From contig BCGN01000011.1 in NCBI GenBank assembly GCA_001599295.1, positions 186,001 through 250,000 on the forward strand: a DNA stretch of 64,000 nucleotides. The letters are read 5' to 3'. The position numbers were made by a program, and so were the translations under genes. This DNA comes from Sporopachydermia quercuum. Taxonomy: Eukaryota. Below are positions 62,815 to 64,000 of this stretch, piece by piece (positions within the stretch are counted from its first letter, which is position 1; each line of letters begins with the position of its first letter). The notes below the pieces were generated by a model. The model was not told the origin of the DNA. It saw only the letters and a list, made by a program, of their open reading frames with translations, and did not search any database.

Positions 62815-62874
62815 GGTTCGGTTCGGTTCGGTTCAAGTAGTAATTGATGTAATTGATGTAATTGATGTAATTGA
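62815..62874 (+). repeat. Adjacent short tandem repeats (GGTTC)x4 and (GTAATTGAT)x~4
   Basis: Read directly. Confidence 0.9.
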
Positions 62875-63097
62875 CGCATTCAAATGCCACTGATATCCTG
62901 ATATCCTTCATGGTACATTCAATTCATCCACTCCAGTTTGGTGTAGTTAATTTATTTCGATTTCTTTTGCTTTTGCTAATGCACACTTTCTTCTGCTTTT
63001 TTTAATCCATTTTCTCTATTCTAAAATAACACAGAACGAGTACCCAAAGCATCTACCGCAGCACATTTAGATACCAATAATGTTATGTTTTCGCTGA

Positions 63098-64000
63098 TTA
63101 ATTCAACAGAGAATGAACATTTGATCCAGCATTTGAAGTATTAACAAAATCAATTCTCTTAGGATCTTCTTCAATTCTGCTTGAATTCACCTTGTTTTTA
63201 ACTCCAATCAAAGAAAACTCAGCCCCAACAACACTTTTCCTATCTGATGCTCCTGACACTGATAGCTTTGGTAACGGCAATTCACTGATATAAGACACAG
63301 ATTGCTTTCTTCTCTCTACAGGTTGACTGCTTGAGCTCAGCGAACGTACTTTCCCTTCATGAGGCTCTCGTATTATTATAGGCACAGGAACTTTCTTATT
63401 ATCAAGTCCTGATCCACTTTGATTCTTGCTGTTGTCAGGAACAGAACCTGATCTGTCAACTCTTTCCTCGAGAACAACGCCAGAAGAAGACGAATGTGCA
63501 GTTTCACCTAACACGGTATTGTTACTATTAACGTTTGCTGTTGACACATGAGTTATGTTATTGCTATTGGGTTTTAGCATTGAAGACGTACCACTAGTGG
63601 AATTACTAGGATGATTCATAGAGCTTGACGAGGGACCTGAGATAGACCCTTGGAAAGGATTCGTTGCCAACGGATCATATAAGACAGAAGGATTTCTGTT
63701 TCTGCCCGCCCCAGTGAATTTGATTTCACTCCAATGAGAATCTCTAGCAGTTCTACTCCATGGGCCGGTAAAATTACCTACATGAGACGTGTCATCAGGC
63801 TTCAGTTTACTTCGAGCTCTTCCACCGTCGTTGGTATCATTTAGACCAGATCTTTGATGAGATTGGGTCTGATTTAGGCCAAATGCTCTCCCTGATCTTG
63901 GTGATGGTTCCTCTGATCTTTCAAATTTACGAACAGGAGGAGGGGTTCTTGCCTTCATTCTCTCATCTGATAGTTTCTGGCTCAATGCTGGTCTTTTGTT
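63098..64000 (-). CDS. 3' part of an S/N-rich protein that probably starts beyond the window
   Basis: Frame open to the window edge; low complexity, no recognisable domain. Confidence 0.7.
   Translation of the reverse strand, partial: NKRPALSQKLSDERMKARTPPPVRKFERSEEPSPRSGRAFGLNQTQSHQRSGLNDTNDGGRARSKLKPDDTSHVGNFTGPWSRTARDSHWSEIKFTGAGRNRNPSVLYDPLATNPFQGSISGPSSSSMNHPSNSTSGTSSMLKPNSNNITHVSTANVNSNNTVLGETAHSSSSGVVLEERVDRSGSVPDNSKNQSGSGLDNKKVPVPIIIREPHEGKVRSLSSSSQPVERRKQSVSYISELPLPKLSVSGASDRKSVVGAEFSLIGVKNKVNSSRIEEDPKRIDFVNTSNAGSNVHSLLN

Noticed and set aside
1..64000. Scattered single n bases; short tandem repeats considered as CRISPR or telomeric arrays
   Set aside because: The n bases are probably heterozygous or ambiguous calls and do not break frames. 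The repeats are 2-4 copy slippage products without spacers, in a eukaryotic chromosome interior.

Overview
Nuclear DNA of an AT-rich budding yeast (Saccharomycotina). It reads CTG as Leu, and the nad3 fragment in its NUMT indicates it has respiratory complex I, so it is probably outside Saccharomycetaceae and the CUG-reassigning clades. About 24 housekeeping genes are present: H2B, a SIRT4-type sirtuin, GEP3, DSC3, MTP18, CYR1, SYS1, DRS1, LMO1/ELMO, a DUF4112 protein, a bZIP factor, a large disordered PRRC2-like protein, PRB1, UTP23, MTC3, RAD6, COX16, OYE, ILV3, ELP2, AYR1, SMN1, ARP8 and one truncated ORF. I reconstructed 11 spliceosomal introns by hand, which repairs several ORF-track calls and reveals an SMN homolog the track misses. 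Other features are an intron-containing tRNA-Gln(TTG), a mosaic mitochondrial insertion (tRNA-Asp, partial tRNA-Thr, cox2 and nad3 pieces) between ILV3 and ELP2, and a ~9.3 kb region without intact genes holding Ty3/gypsy-like debris and a decayed bZIP gene. There is also an apparently spliced transcript with no open frame and a hairpin around one branch site. I found no convincing novel multi-gene system. All family assignments rest on motif recognition by eye, with no database search.
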